The translations under genes and the position numbers were made by a program. A stretch of 64,000 bases of DNA from Candidatus Eiseniibacteriota bacterium (GTDB lineage: Bacteria > Eisenbacteria > RBG-16-71-46 > CAIMUX01 > VGJL01), in NCBI GenBank assembly GCA_041946735.1, contig JBHGAY010000022.1:1-64000 (forward strand), in the 5' to 3' direction. The notes under the pieces were generated by a model. That model searched no databases. It was given only the letters and a program-made list of their open reading frames with translations, and was not told the origin of the DNA. The first letter of the stretch is position 1. Each line of letters opens with the position of its first letter. Below, in pieces: positions 51,433 to 61,349 of this stretch.

Positions 51433-52692
51433 ATGATCTGGATCGAGGTGATCACGATCGGCGGAGAGATCCTCTCCGGACGCACCCGCGACTCGAACTT
51501 CGCCTTCCTCGCCAATGGGCTCGCCGCCGCCGGACTCGCCTGCCGCCGCCACACGACGGTCGGCGACGATCGCGAGCCGCTCGCGCAAGCGATCGAGGAG
51601 GCGCTCGCGCGAGCCGACGTCGTCCTGACGACGGGCGGGCTCGGGCCCACCCCCGATGACATCACGCGGAAGGTCCTCGCGACGGTGCTCAAGCGCCAGC
51701 TCGTCCTGCGCGAGGACGTGGTGGCGACGCTCGAGGAGCGCTACGCGCGCATGGGACGGATCCCGCCGGCGAACTTCCAGGCGCAGGCGCTGATCCCGCT
51801 CGGCGCCGACCTGATCGAGAACGAGATCGGCACCGCCCCCGGCATCCGGATCGGGACGCAGGACGGCCGCTTCCTCTACGCGATGCCGGGCGTGCCGCAC
51901 GAGATGGAGCGGATGGCGGCCCGGTTCGTGCTTCCCGAGATCGCGCGCGCCGCGCCGGGCCCGCGCCGCGCTTCGCGGACGGTGCGGACCGTCGGCCTGG
52001 TCGAGATGAAGCTGGTCGAGATCCTGCGGCCGATCGTCCCGCCAGAGGTGTCGGTCGCCTACCTTCCGAATCTCGGGAAGGTCGATCTGCGGTTCGATCT
52101 CGAAGGGGAGACCGCCGAGGCGGAGGCGATCCTCGAGCGCCTGGTCGGGACGGTGCGCGAGCGGCTCGGGCCGGCCGTCTACGCGGAAGGGGAGGAGGAT
52201 CTCGAGGAGGTCGTCGGGCGGGCGCTCGTCGATCGCGGGTGGAAGCTCGCCGTCGCGGAGTCGCTGACCGGCGGGGGCATCGGCCGGCGGCTCGTGCGCG
52301 TGGCGGGCGCCTCGCGCTACCTGCTCGGGGATCTCGTCGCGTACGACAACGGCGCGAAGGTTGCGCTGCTCGGGGTGCCGGAGGCGTGGATCCGCGAGCA
52401 TGGGGCGGTGAGCGGGCCGGTCGCGGAGGCGATGGCGTCGGGCGCACGCGAGCGCTTCGGCGCCGATCTCGCCGTCGCGACGACCGGGATCGCGGGGCCC
52501 GAGGGCGGAACGGTCGAGAAGCCGGTGGGGCTGGTCTATTTCGGGCTCGCGTGGGCGGGCGGACGCGTGTCGATCCGGCGGCATCTCGCCGGGGGCGGCG
52601 GACGTGAGCCGGTCCTCGAGAGGACGACCACCGTCGCGCTCGACCTCGTCCGGCGCGCGGCGCTCGACCTGCCGATCGGCGCGAGCGACTGA
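51433..52692 (+). CDS. cinA: Competence/damage-inducible CinA (MoCF + PncC domains)
   Basis: TGGLGPTPDDIT, PGVPHEM, AVAESLTGG, TTGIAGPEGGT. Confidence 0.94.
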   Translation: MIWIEVITIGGEILSGRTRDSNFAFLANGLAAAGLACRRHTTVGDDREPLAQAIEEALARADVVLTTGGLGPTPDDITRKVLATVLKRQLVLREDVVATLEERYARMGRIPPANFQAQALIPLGADLIENEIGTAPGIRIGTQDGRFLYAMPGVPHEMERMAARFVLPEIARAAPGPRRASRTVRTVGLVEMKLVEILRPIVPPEVSVAYLPNLGKVDLRFDLEGETAEAEAILERLVGTVRERLGPAVYAEGEEDLEEVVGRALVDRGWKLAVAESLTGGGIGRRLVRVAGASRYLLGDLVAYDNGAKVALLGVPEAWIREHGAVSGPVAEAMASGARERFGADLAVATTGIAGPEGGTVEKPVGLVYFGLAWAGGRVSIRRHLAGGGGREPVLERTTTVALDLVRRAALDLPIGASD

Positions 52693-52798
52693 GACGCGCG
52701 CCGACGCGCGCGATGGAGCGACGAAGAGCCGACGAGCGAGCGACCGACCGGGCGAAGAAGGGCCAAGGAGCGACGAGCCAAGGAGCGAAGGAGCCACG

Positions 52799-53434
52799 AT
52801 GGAGAAGCCGACGCGGACGTTTGCGGCGTTCACGATCGATCCGTCCGTGAAGGAGGAGATCGGCAGGCTCTCGCGCGAGGCGGCCGCGACCCCGGAGGGC
52901 CGGGAGCTGCGCTGGGTGAAGCCGGAGGTGATGCATCTGACCGTCCGCTTCTTCGGCGACCTCGATCGCAAGCAGGTGGCGCGCGCGCGCACGGCGATCT
53001 CGGGGCTCGATGGCGCGTGGGAGGCGCCGTCCCTCCGGCTCGGGCACATCGGCGCGTTCCCCTCGCTGCGCCGCGCGCAGGTCGTCTGGCTTGGCCTCGA
53101 GGACGAGAAGGAAGGGGCGCTCGCGGCGCTCGCCGCGCAGGCGGACCATGCGATCCGCGTCTCGGGATTCGGCCCGGCGGACAAGCCGTTCGTCGGCCAC
53201 ATCACGCTCGCGCGCACCCCGCGGGGCGGGGGACGGGCGCCGGAGCTGACGGCGTGGGCGGCCCGTTTGACAGTCCCTCAAACCGCCTTTACGATTCGCA
53301 CCATTACGCTTTTCGAGAGCGATCTGCGCCCGGAGGGGCCGGTCTACACGCCCCTCGCGATCGCTCATCCCCGCGTCCCGGGAGAGGGGACGGCGGGGGA
53401 CCGCGACCGGAGCGATCCGGCGAACGAGCCATAG
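52799..53434 (+). CDS. thpR: RNA 2',3'-cyclic phosphodiesterase (2H family)
   Basis: Two HxT motifs (HLTVRF, HITLAR), GPVYTPL; cinA-thpR-recA synteny. Confidence 0.92.
   Translation: MEKPTRTFAAFTIDPSVKEEIGRLSREAAATPEGRELRWVKPEVMHLTVRFFGDLDRKQVARARTAISGLDGAWEAPSLRLGHIGAFPSLRRAQVVWLGLEDEKEGALAALAAQADHAIRVSGFGPADKPFVGHITLARTPRGGGRAPELTAWAARLTVPQTAFTIRTITLFESDLRPEGPVYTPLAIAHPRVPGEGTAGDRDRSDPANEP
53267..53295 (+). promoter_or_regulatory. Sigma70-type promoter inside thpR, likely for recA
   Basis: TTGACA-N17-TACGAT in a local AT-rich patch. Confidence 0.7.
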
Positions 53435-53509
53435 TCACAATCCGTGCCTCCACGCGCCCGGCGGACCGGGCAGGGTCCGGAGCTCTGCTTAAGGAAGGAG
53501 AACCCTCGG

Positions 53510-54712
53510 ATGGGTGAGGACAAGGGGCAGGAGAGGAAGAAGGCGCTGGAGCTGGCGATCAGCGGGATCGAGAAGTCGTTCGGGAAGGGCTCGATCATCC
53601 GCCTGGGCGACCAGCAGGCGGTCGTCGAGACCGAGGTGATCCCCAGCGGATCGCTCGGGCTCGACCTCGCGCTCGGCGTCGGAGGGCTCCCGCGCGGGCG
53701 CGTGCTCGAGATCTTCGGGCCGGAGTCTTCGGGGAAGACGACGCTCACGCTCGCGATGATCGCGAGCGCGCAGCGGCTCGGCGGCACCGCGGTCTTCATC
53801 GACGCGGAGCACGCCCTCCAGCCGTCCTACGCGAAGCAGCTCGGGGTCGACATCGACAACCTGCACGTGAGCCAGCCCGACACGGGAGAGGAGGCGCTCG
53901 AGATCGCCGACCAGCTCGTGCGCAGCGGCGCGGTCGACATGATCGTCATCGACTCGGTCGCGGCGCTCGTGCCGCGCGCCGAGATCGAGGGGGAGATGGG
54001 CGACGCTCACGTGGGACTCCAGGCGCGGCTGATGTCGCAGGCGCTGCGCAAGCTCTCCGGCTCGATCAGCCGCAGCAAGGCGATCGTCGTCTTCATCAAC
54101 CAGATCCGGATGAAGATCGGCGTCCTCTTCGGCAACCCCGAGACGACGCCGGGCGGCAACGCGCTGAAGTTCTTCTCGTCGGTGCGGCTCGACATCCGCA
54201 AGATCGCCTCGATCAAGGAGAAGGAGGTCGTGATCGGCAACCGGACGAAGGTCCGCGTGGTGAAGAACAAGGTGGCGGCGCCGTTCCGCGCGGCCGAGTT
54301 CGACATCATGTTCGACGAGGGGATTTCGCGGACCGGCGAGCTGATCGACCTGGGCGTCGAGGCGGGAATCCTGCAGAAAACCGGCACGTGGATCTCCTAC
54401 GGGGACGAGCGGCTCGGCCAGGGTCGCGAGAACTCGCGCCAGACGCTGCGCGAGAACCCGCAGATGTCCGCGAAGATCGAGCGGCAGATCCGCGACGCGC
54501 TGGGACTGCCTACGCCGGGCGAGACGGCCGGGACGAAGGCGAAGGGCGACGCTGCGAAGGGCGAGGCGGCGAAGGGCGAGGGCGGCAAGCCGGAAGGTGC
54601 CGGGAAGCCGAAGGCCGCCGAGGCGGCGGCCGTCAAGGGCGTCGCCGACAAGACGGCGGCTGCGGCGGACGCGAAGGGCAACGGCTCGCGCGAGCGGAAG
54701 GGACGCGCCTGA
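53510..54712 (+). CDS. recA: Recombinase RecA with Ala/Lys/Glu-rich C-terminal tail
   Basis: [42 protein letters not shown]. Confidence 0.99.
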   Translation: MGEDKGQERKKALELAISGIEKSFGKGSIIRLGDQQAVVETEVIPSGSLGLDLALGVGGLPRGRVLEIFGPESSGKTTLTLAMIASAQRLGGTAVFIDAEHALQPSYAKQLGVDIDNLHVSQPDTGEEALEIADQLVRSGAVDMIVIDSVAALVPRAEIEGEMGDAHVGLQARLMSQALRKLSGSISRSKAIVVFINQIRMKIGVLFGNPETTPGGNALKFFSSVRLDIRKIASIKEKEVVIGNRTKVRVVKNKVAAPFRAAEFDIMFDEGISRTGELIDLGVEAGILQKTGTWISYGDERLGQGRENSRQTLRENPQMSAKIERQIRDALGLPTPGETAGTKAKGDAAKGEAAKGEGGKPEGAGKPKAAEAAAVKGVADKTAAAADAKGNGSRERKGRA

Positions 54713-55383
54713 GAAGGGGCTTTCGTTCCTCGGGCGGGGAGAAACCGGGGCAACCGGAGAGGCCGGGGAGGCCGGATAAGAAGTCCCCGCAGACGGCGCT
54801 CGCCGTCGCGTGCCGCTACGTGGCCACGCGCGAGCGGTGCGCCGCGCAGGTGCGGGAGTACCTCGCGCGCAAGCGGTTCGCGAAGGAGGAGATCGAGGCG
54901 GCGATCGAGACTATGGTCTCGCGCCGCCTGATCGACGATGCGCGCTTCGCCCGGGTCTGGGTCGAGGCGCGCGCCCGTAGCTCCCCGAGGGCGGGGCGCC
55001 TGCTCATCGCCGAGCTACGGGCGAAGGGGATCGACGGCGAGACGGCGCGCGAGGCGGTCGCGCGCTTCCTCGAGGAGGTGCCGGAGGAGGAGCTGGCCGA
55101 GCGGGTCCTTGCGCGGCGGCGCGGGCGCGCGGCGGGAGCGGCGGCCGGGACGCCGGGCGGAGAGCGCGAGGATCGGGAGCGGACGGCGCGCGCGCTGACC
55201 TCCCGAGGCTTCCGCTCCTCGTTCGCGCTGTCGAAGGCGAAGGCGAAGGCGGCGCGGCACTCCGAAGGTCAGACGGACGACGACGACCACGCTGATGAGG
55301 ACGAGACGCCGCGCGACAAGCAGCGGCGCCCCACGCATCACGAGGAACCACGGGAAGGAGACGATGGAACGACTGTCGCGTGA
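54709..55383 (+). CDS. recX: Regulatory protein RecX (start codon uncertain, possibly CTG)
   Basis: [38 protein letters not shown]; follows recA. Confidence 0.82.
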   Translation: MRRGFRSSGGEKPGQPERPGRPDKKSPQTALAVACRYVATRERCAAQVREYLARKRFAKEEIEAAIETMVSRRLIDDARFARVWVEARARSSPRAGRLLIAELRAKGIDGETAREAVARFLEEVPEEELAERVLARRRGRAAGAAAGTPGGEREDRERTARALTSRGFRSSFALSKAKAKAARHSEGQTDDDDHADEDETPRDKQRRPTHHEEPREGDDGTTVA

Positions 55384-57976
55384 GATCCGATCGAAGTTCG
55401 TGGAGTTCTGGCGGGCGAAGGACCACCGGATCGTGAAGAGCGCTCCACTCGTCCCTCGCGAGGATCCCACGCTGCTGTTCACCTCCGCGGGGATGGTGCA
55501 GTTCAAGAAGTACTACGCCTCGAAGGAGCCGCTCGAGTTCCGGCGCGCCGTCACGGTGCAGAAATGCCTGCGCGCGTCCGATCTGGAGAGCGTCGGCTAC
55601 ACGCCGCGCCACTGCACCTTCTTCGAGATGCTCGGCCACTTCAGCTTCGGCGACTACTTCAAGCGCGAGGCGATCGCCTGGAACTGGGAGTTCTTCACGA
55701 AGGTGATCCCGCTCCCGGTCGAGAAGCTGCGCCCGTCGGTCTTCGAGCGCGACGAGGAGGCGTTCGCGATCTGGCGCGACGAGATCGGGATCCGTCCCGA
55801 ATGGATCTTCCGGCTGACGGCGAAGGACAACTTCTGGGGGCCGGCCGGGGACACGGGCGCGTGCGGCCCCTCGAGCGAGCTGTACTACGATCTCGGCCCG
55901 GAGCTGGGATGCGGCCGGCCGGGCTGCGGCCCGGGATGCGACTGCGACCGGTGGATCGAGGTCGGCAACTTCGTCTTTCCGCAGTTCGACCGCCAGCCGG
56001 ACGGCAGCGACTTGCCGCTCGCGAATCGCGGCATCGACACCGGGATCGGGCTCGAGCGGCTCACGATGGTCTACGCCGGCAAGAAGACGATCTACGAGAC
56101 GGACCTCTTCGTCCCGCTGATTGAGAAGATCGCCTCGCTCGGCGCCGCTCCCTACGAGGGGGATCACAAGCCGGCGTATCACATCATCGCCGACCACGCC
56201 CGCGCGCTCACCTTCGCGCTGACCGAGGGGGTGCTGCCGGGCAACGAGGGGCGCGGCTACGTCATCCGCCGCCTGCTGCGCCGCGCCGCCGTGCAGGGGC
56301 ATCGCCTCGGGATCCGCGAGCCGTTCCTGACGAAGCTCGCCGCCGTCGTCGCCGAGGAGATGGGGCCGGTCTATCCCGAGCTGTCCGAGGCGCGCGAGGC
56401 GGTGCGTGTCGCGCTGCAAGGCGAGGAGGAGCGGTTCCAGGGGACCCTCGAGCAGGGGCTCGCCCGTTTCGAGGAGATCGCCTCGCGCTCTCCCGAGACG
56501 ATCGATGGCCGGGACGCGTTCGTCCTCTACGACACCTACGGCTTCCCGATCGACCTGACCGAGGCGCTGGCGCGCGAACGCGGCCTCGCCGTCGACACCG
56601 GCGGCTTCGAGCGGGAGATGGAGGGGCAGCGCGAGCGCTCGCGCGCGACCGCGACCTTCTACAAGTCCCAGGGCGAGGATCTGGAGTGGCAGGTCCTCTC
56701 GGACGGTCCGCACTCCCGCTTCGTCGGTTACGAGACGCTGGAGGTCGCCGCGACGCCCGTGCGCCGGGTCGCGCCGGTTCCGGGCGCGGAAGGCGAGTGG
56801 TGGGTCGTCGTCGAGACGACGCCGTTCTACGCCGAGTCGGGCGGGCAGGTCGGCGACGTCGGCACGATCGAGGGCGCCGGCCTCGCGGGGGAGGTGCTCG
56901 ACACGAAGTCCGTCGAGAAAGAGACGCGCCACCGCGTCCGGCTTTCGACGGGATCGTGGGGCCCCGGGATGCAGGTGGCGCTCCGAGTCGATCGCGAGGC
57001 GCGGAACGCGACGCGCCGCAACCACACGGCGACGCACCTGCTGCACGCCGCGCTACGCGGCCTCCTCGGCAAGCACGTTACGCAGGCCGGCTCGCTCGTC
57101 GCGCCCCACCGGCTGCGGTTCGACTTCACGCACACGCGGCCGATGACGCCGGAGGAGATCGAGGCGGTCGAGCGCGCGGTGAACGAGCAGGTGATGGCCG
57201 ACACCGCGGTCGTCGTCCGCGAGTCGAGCTACGAGGAGGCGATCCGCGAAGGCGTGATGGCGCTCTTCGGCGAGAAGTACGAGGACCGGGTGCGGCGCAT
57301 CGGCGTCCCGGGCTACAGCGAGGAGCTGTGCGGCGGGACGCACGTGGCGCGGACCGGCGAGATCGGGCCGTTCGTGATCCTCTCCGAGACAGGGATCGCG
57401 GCCGGCGTCCGGCGCATCGAGGCGCAGACCGGCGCCGGGGCGTTGGAGGTCCGACAGCGCGAGCGTCACGTGATCGACGCGCTGCGACACCAGCTCCAGG
57501 GATCGAGGGAGGAGCTGCCGCAGCGGGTGCAGGCGCTCTTCGAGGAGATGCAGAAGCTGCGCAAGGAGAACCAGCAGCTCCGCACGCGCGGCGCGCAGGA
57601 CGAGCTGGCGGGAATCTGGGAGCGCGTGCGCCAGCATCCGGGCGGGCGCTCGCTCGTCGCGGAGATCGAGGTCGAGTCGACCGAGGGACTGCGGGAGCTG
57701 GGGGACCGCGTCCGCCAGAAGCTCGGCAGCGGCGCGGCGCTCCTCGCCGCGCGCGCGGGTGCGAAGACGACGCTCCTCGCCGTCGTCACGGAGGATCTCG
57801 TCGCCGCAGGCAAGGCGCGCGCCGACCAGATCGTGCGCGAGGCGGCGCAGCTCGCCGGGGGCAACGGGGGAGGCCGCCCGCAGATGGCGATGGCCGGGCT
57901 CGCCGATCCGGAGAAGCTTCCGCTCGTGATCGAGGCGATGACGGGCCGCCTCGAGGCGCTTCTGAGCGGCGCATGA
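55364..57976 (+). CDS. alaS: Alanine--tRNA ligase
   Basis: DPTLLFTSAGMVQFK, HCTFFEMLG, IDTGIGLER, NHTATHLLH, ELCGGTH, GGGRP. Confidence 0.99.
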   Translation: MERLSREIRSKFVEFWRAKDHRIVKSAPLVPREDPTLLFTSAGMVQFKKYYASKEPLEFRRAVTVQKCLRASDLESVGYTPRHCTFFEMLGHFSFGDYFKREAIAWNWEFFTKVIPLPVEKLRPSVFERDEEAFAIWRDEIGIRPEWIFRLTAKDNFWGPAGDTGACGPSSELYYDLGPELGCGRPGCGPGCDCDRWIEVGNFVFPQFDRQPDGSDLPLANRGIDTGIGLERLTMVYAGKKTIYETDLFVPLIEKIASLGAAPYEGDHKPAYHIIADHARALTFALTEGVLPGNEGRGYVIRRLLRRAAVQGHRLGIREPFLTKLAAVVAEEMGPVYPELSEAREAVRVALQGEEERFQGTLEQGLARFEEIASRSPETIDGRDAFVLYDTYGFPIDLTEALARERGLAVDTGGFEREMEGQRERSRATATFYKSQGEDLEWQVLSDGPHSRFVGYETLEVAATPVRRVAPVPGAEGEWWVVVETTPFYAESGGQVGDVGTIEGAGLAGEVLDTKSVEKETRHRVRLSTGSWGPGMQVALRVDREARNATRRNHTATHLLHAALRGLLGKHVTQAGSLVAPHRLRFDFTHTRPMTPEEIEAVERAVNEQVMADTAVVVRESSYEEAIREGVMALFGEKYEDRVRRIGVPGYSEELCGGTHVARTGEIGPFVILSETGIAAGVRRIEAQTGAGALEVRQRERHVIDALRHQLQGSREELPQRVQALFEEMQKLRKENQQLRTRGAQDELAGIWERVRQHPGGRSLVAEIEVESTEGLRELGDRVRQKLGSGAALLAARAGAKTTLLAVVTEDLVAAGKARADQIVREAAQLAGGNGGGRPQMAMAGLADPEKLPLVIEAMTGRLEALLSGA

Positions 57977-58839
57977 GCGGCTCTCCGCGGAGAGTCCTGC
58001 TGACCGGCGCCTCGGGCCTCCTCGGGAGCGCCGTCGCGCCGTTGCTTCGCTCCATCCCCGGGATCGAGGTCGAGGCGCCGGGGATGGCGCAGTTCGACCT
58101 CACGCTCCCCGAGACGATCGAGGCGGCGCTCGAGCGCGCGCGCCCCGATGTCGTCCTGCACCTGGCCGCCGAGACGCGGGTCGACTGGTGCGAGGAGCAC
58201 GCCGAGGAGGCGTTCCGCGTGAACACGGCCGGGACGGCGCTCGTGGCGCGCGCGGCCGAGGCGCGCGGGGCGCGTCTCGTGTTCGTCTCGACCGACTACG
58301 TGTTCGACGGCGCCGCGCGCTCCCCCTACTCCGAGGACCATGCGACCCGGGCGCTGAACGTCTATGGCAGAAGCAAGGAAGAGGCCGAGAAGGCGGTCGC
58401 CTCGACCGCCGGCGACCGGCTGATCGTCCGCTCGTCGGGGCTCTACGGCGCCGGCGGCAAGAACTTCGTCGACACGATCCGGGCGAAGGCGCACCGCGGC
58501 GAGCGGCTCGCCGTCGTCGACGACCAGGTGCAGTCGCCCACCTGGGTCGGCGATCTCGCGCCGGCGCTCGTGCGCGCCGCGCTCTCCGGCGCCCAGGGGA
58601 TCCTGCATCTCGCCTCCGACGGAGGGGGCTGCTCCTGGTTCGACTTCGCGCGCGAGATCCTCGCGCAGATCGGATCGCGCATCGCGTGCGACCCGATCCC
58701 GGCGTCTCGCGCAGGGCGGCCGGCTCCCCGGCCCGCCTATTCGGTCCTCGACGTCAGCCGCGCTCGCGACACGCTCTCGATCCGCATGCCGCACTGGCGG
58801 GACGGTCTAACGCGCTACCTTTCGGGAGGGGAGAGATGA
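57973..58839 (+). CDS. rfbD: dTDP-4-dehydrorhamnose reductase
   Basis: TGASGLLG, STDYVFDG, YGRSK, VVDDQVQSPT, RPAYSVLD. Confidence 0.92.
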   Translation: MSGSPRRVLLTGASGLLGSAVAPLLRSIPGIEVEAPGMAQFDLTLPETIEAALERARPDVVLHLAAETRVDWCEEHAEEAFRVNTAGTALVARAAEARGARLVFVSTDYVFDGAARSPYSEDHATRALNVYGRSKEEAEKAVASTAGDRLIVRSSGLYGAGGKNFVDTIRAKAHRGERLAVVDDQVQSPTWVGDLAPALVRAALSGAQGILHLASDGGGCSWFDFAREILAQIGSRIACDPIPASRAGRPAPRPAYSVLDVSRARDTLSIRMPHWRDGLTRYLSGGER

Positions 58840-59717
58840 TCCAGGCCGTCCTCCAGCAAATCCGCGTCAAGCAGTGGACGAAGAACCTGATCCTCTTCGC
58901 GGGAGTGATCTTCTCGCACCAGTTCCTTGTCGGGCAGGAGATGGCGCGGGCGGCGATGGGGTTCGTCGCTTTCTGTCTCCTCTCCTCGGCGATCTACATC
59001 CTGAACGACCTGATCGACATCGAGTCCGACCGCGTGCATCCGCGCAAGCGGTTCCGGCCGCTGCCCTCCGGGCGCCTGCCGATCGCGACCGCCTGGTCGC
59101 TGATGCTCCTGCTCGTCCTGACCGGCGGGACGATGTCGCTCCTGCTCGGCAGGAACTTCGCGCTCACCGCGGGCGGCTACCTGGCGCTGAACATCCTCTA
59201 CACGCTGATCCTGAAGCGGGTGGTGATGCTCGACGTCCTGTCGATCTCGATCGGCTTCGTGCTGCGCGCGGCCGCCGGGGTGGCCGTCCTGTCGCACCCG
59301 GTCGAGCTGTCCCCGTGGCTGCTGCTCTGCACCTTCTTCCTGGCGCTGTTTCTCGCCGTGTCGAAGCGGCGGCACGAGCGGTTCCTGCTGGCCGAGCAGG
59401 CGGAGCAGCACCGCCGCACCCTGGCGGAGTACCCGCAGGAGCTTGTCGATCAGATGATCCCGGTCGTCACGGCGGCGACCGTCATCTCCTACGCGATCTA
59501 TACCGTCTCGCCGGGGACGGTCGCGCGCGTCGGCGGCTCGGGGCTCGTCTACACGGTGCCGTTCGTCGTCTTCGGCGTCTTCCGCTACCTCTACCTCGTC
59601 TTCCGCAGGATGCAGGGAGGCTCCCCCTCCGACACGCTCCTCACCGATCCGCCGACCCTGGTCAACATCGTCCTCTGGCTCGGCGTCGTCCTCGCGATCC
59701 TCTATGGGCGGGGGTGA
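58836..59717 (+). CDS. UbiA-family decaprenyl-phosphate phosphoribosyltransferase-like membrane protein
   Basis: RVKQWTKNL, YILNDLIDIESDRVHPRKRFRP, GFVLRA, KRRHE. Confidence 0.88.
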   Translation: MIQAVLQQIRVKQWTKNLILFAGVIFSHQFLVGQEMARAAMGFVAFCLLSSAIYILNDLIDIESDRVHPRKRFRPLPSGRLPIATAWSLMLLLVLTGGTMSLLLGRNFALTAGGYLALNILYTLILKRVVMLDVLSISIGFVLRAAAGVAVLSHPVELSPWLLLCTFFLALFLAVSKRRHERFLLAEQAEQHRRTLAEYPQELVDQMIPVVTAATVISYAIYTVSPGTVARVGGSGLVYTVPFVVFGVFRYLYLVFRRMQGGSPSDTLLTDPPTLVNIVLWLGVVLAILYGRG

Positions 59718-60663
59718 GAGCCGGGCGGAGCCGGAAGCCCCCGCCCCCACGCCCGACCCCGCTCTGCGCATCCGCGCGCGCGCCAAGCTGAACCTCGGCC
59801 TCGAGGTGCTCGGCCGCCGCCCCGACGGCTACCACGAGATCCGCTCGATCGTTCAATCGGTCCGCCTCGCCGACGAGCTGGAGATCCGAGCGCGGCGGGA
59901 CGGACGGCTGCGCCTGCGATGTCCCGGCTCCGACCTGCCCGAGGACGAGGAGAACCTCGTCCTCCGCGCCGCTCGTCTGTTGCAGGAGCGGCACGCGCCG
60001 CCCGGGGCCGGCGCGAGCTTCACGCTCCGCAAGCGGATCCCGATCGGGGCCGGCCTCGGTGGGGGATCGAGCGACGCGGCTGCCGCACTCGCCGGGCTCT
60101 CGCGCGTGTGGGGCCTCCGACTCCCGCTCCGGCGTCTCGAGGAGCTTGCCGCGGAGGTCGGCTCCGACGTCCCGTTCTTCCTCCGCGGCGGGACGCAACT
60201 CGTGCGCGGGCGCGGAGAAAGGCTCCGTCCCCTGCCGTCCGCCCTCGCCCTTCCGGTCCTGATCGCCTATCCAAGTCTTTTCATTTCCACGGCTTCGATC
60301 TATTCGTCGGGAAATTTCGCGTTGACAGCCGAACGACCGCTACCTAGACTCCGTACTTGCGACTTGACAACCCTTTCCGGGGCATACCGTTGCCTCCGCG
60401 GTCTCCGGAACGATCTGGAGCCTGTGGTGACAGCGAGGCACGGAAGGGTCGCACGTCTGCTGGCGGAATTGAGGGCGTTCCACCCAGCGGTCGTCAGGGT
60501 CACGGGAAGCGGATCGAGCGTCTTCGTCATGGACGAGGACGAACGGTTGCTGTCCCGAATCCTGAGGGAAGCTTCGGTCGGGGACTGCCGGGTGTATGCA
60601 ACCCGGTTCGCAAGGAGGGGGTTGGTCTCCGTCGTTCCTCGACCTGCCGGGAACGACATCTGA
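59704..60663 (+). CDS. ispE: 4-diphosphocytidyl-2-C-methyl-D-erythritol kinase
   Basis: AKLNLGLEV..RPDGYHEI, KRIPIGAGLGGGSSDAAA, GSDVPFF, NDLE, TGSGS. Confidence 0.95.
   Translation: MGGGESRAEPEAPAPTPDPALRIRARAKLNLGLEVLGRRPDGYHEIRSIVQSVRLADELEIRARRDGRLRLRCPGSDLPEDEENLVLRAARLLQERHAPPGAGASFTLRKRIPIGAGLGGGSSDAAAALAGLSRVWGLRLPLRRLEELAAEVGSDVPFFLRGGTQLVRGRGERLRPLPSALALPVLIAYPSLFISTASIYSSGNFALTAERPLPRLRTCDLTTLSGAYRCLRGLRNDLEPVVTARHGRVARLLAELRAFHPAVVRVTGSGSSVFVMDEDERLLSRILREASVGDCRVYATRFARRGLVSVVPRPAGNDI
60322..60350 (+). promoter_or_regulatory. Sigma70-type promoter inside ispE, likely for spoVG-tRNA-prs-rplY
   Basis: TTGACA-N17-TAGACT; a second TTGACA at 60364. Confidence 0.7.
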
Positions 60664-60771
60664 AGCAAGACATCTTGGGTCACGGCAGATCGTGGTGCGT
60701 CGCCGATGCTCCGAGCACGTGGTTTCTGGCGCCAAGGAGGCACCGGGCCTCACGAGGGGTGGGTGACCAGC

Positions 60772-61044
60772 ATGAAGATCACAGAGGTCAGGATCTCGCT
60801 GCGGGACGACGAAAAGCTGAAGGCCTTCGTCAGCATCACGCTCGACAGTTGTTTCGTAATCCGAGGGTTGAAGATCATCCACGGGAACAAGGGTCTTTTC
60901 GTCGCCATGCCCAGCCGGCGCAAGCCGGACGGGACGTTTCAAGACCTGGCCCACCCGATCAACAATGCGACGCGTAGCTGGATCGAGGGAGAGATCCTCG
61001 AGGCCTACCGGCTCGAGCTGGAAAGGAGCGCTCTCGTCCAGTAG
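60772..61044 (+). CDS. spoVG: SpoVG family protein
   Basis: [36 protein letters not shown]. Confidence 0.95.
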   Translation: MKITEVRISLRDDEKLKAFVSITLDSCFVIRGLKIIHGNKGLFVAMPSRRKPDGTFQDLAHPINNATRSWIEGEILEAYRLELERSALVQ

Positions 61045-61195
61045 CAAGATTCTTCTGGAACCGAAAGGACGTCTTCTGATCCAATAGACCCGTCCTTGCC
61101 GCGGGGCTTCCACCTCGGGCCTCCGAGGTGGCCCCGAGAGGACGCAGGGTTTCCCTGTCCCTCGCGGGCCGCATCCGGCCGAAGGCAAGCCGGCT

Positions 61196-61266
61196 TGGGG
61201 CGTCGTCCAGTGGCAGGACCCGGGATTTTGGTTCCCGTTACGGAGGTTCGAGTCCTCCCGCCCCAG
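61196..61266 (+). tRNA. tRNA-Gln (TTG)
   Basis: TGGGGCG/CGCCCCA stem, cggga-ttTTGgt-tcccg, GTTCGAGTC; usual position before prs. Confidence 0.94.
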
Positions 61267-61349
61267 CAATTCTTTCAGAGGCCCCCATCCATGGGTCCGG
61301 AGTTGCATGGGCGGCCGCCCGAGGGCGGTTCGACCAAGCGGAGGAGAAC

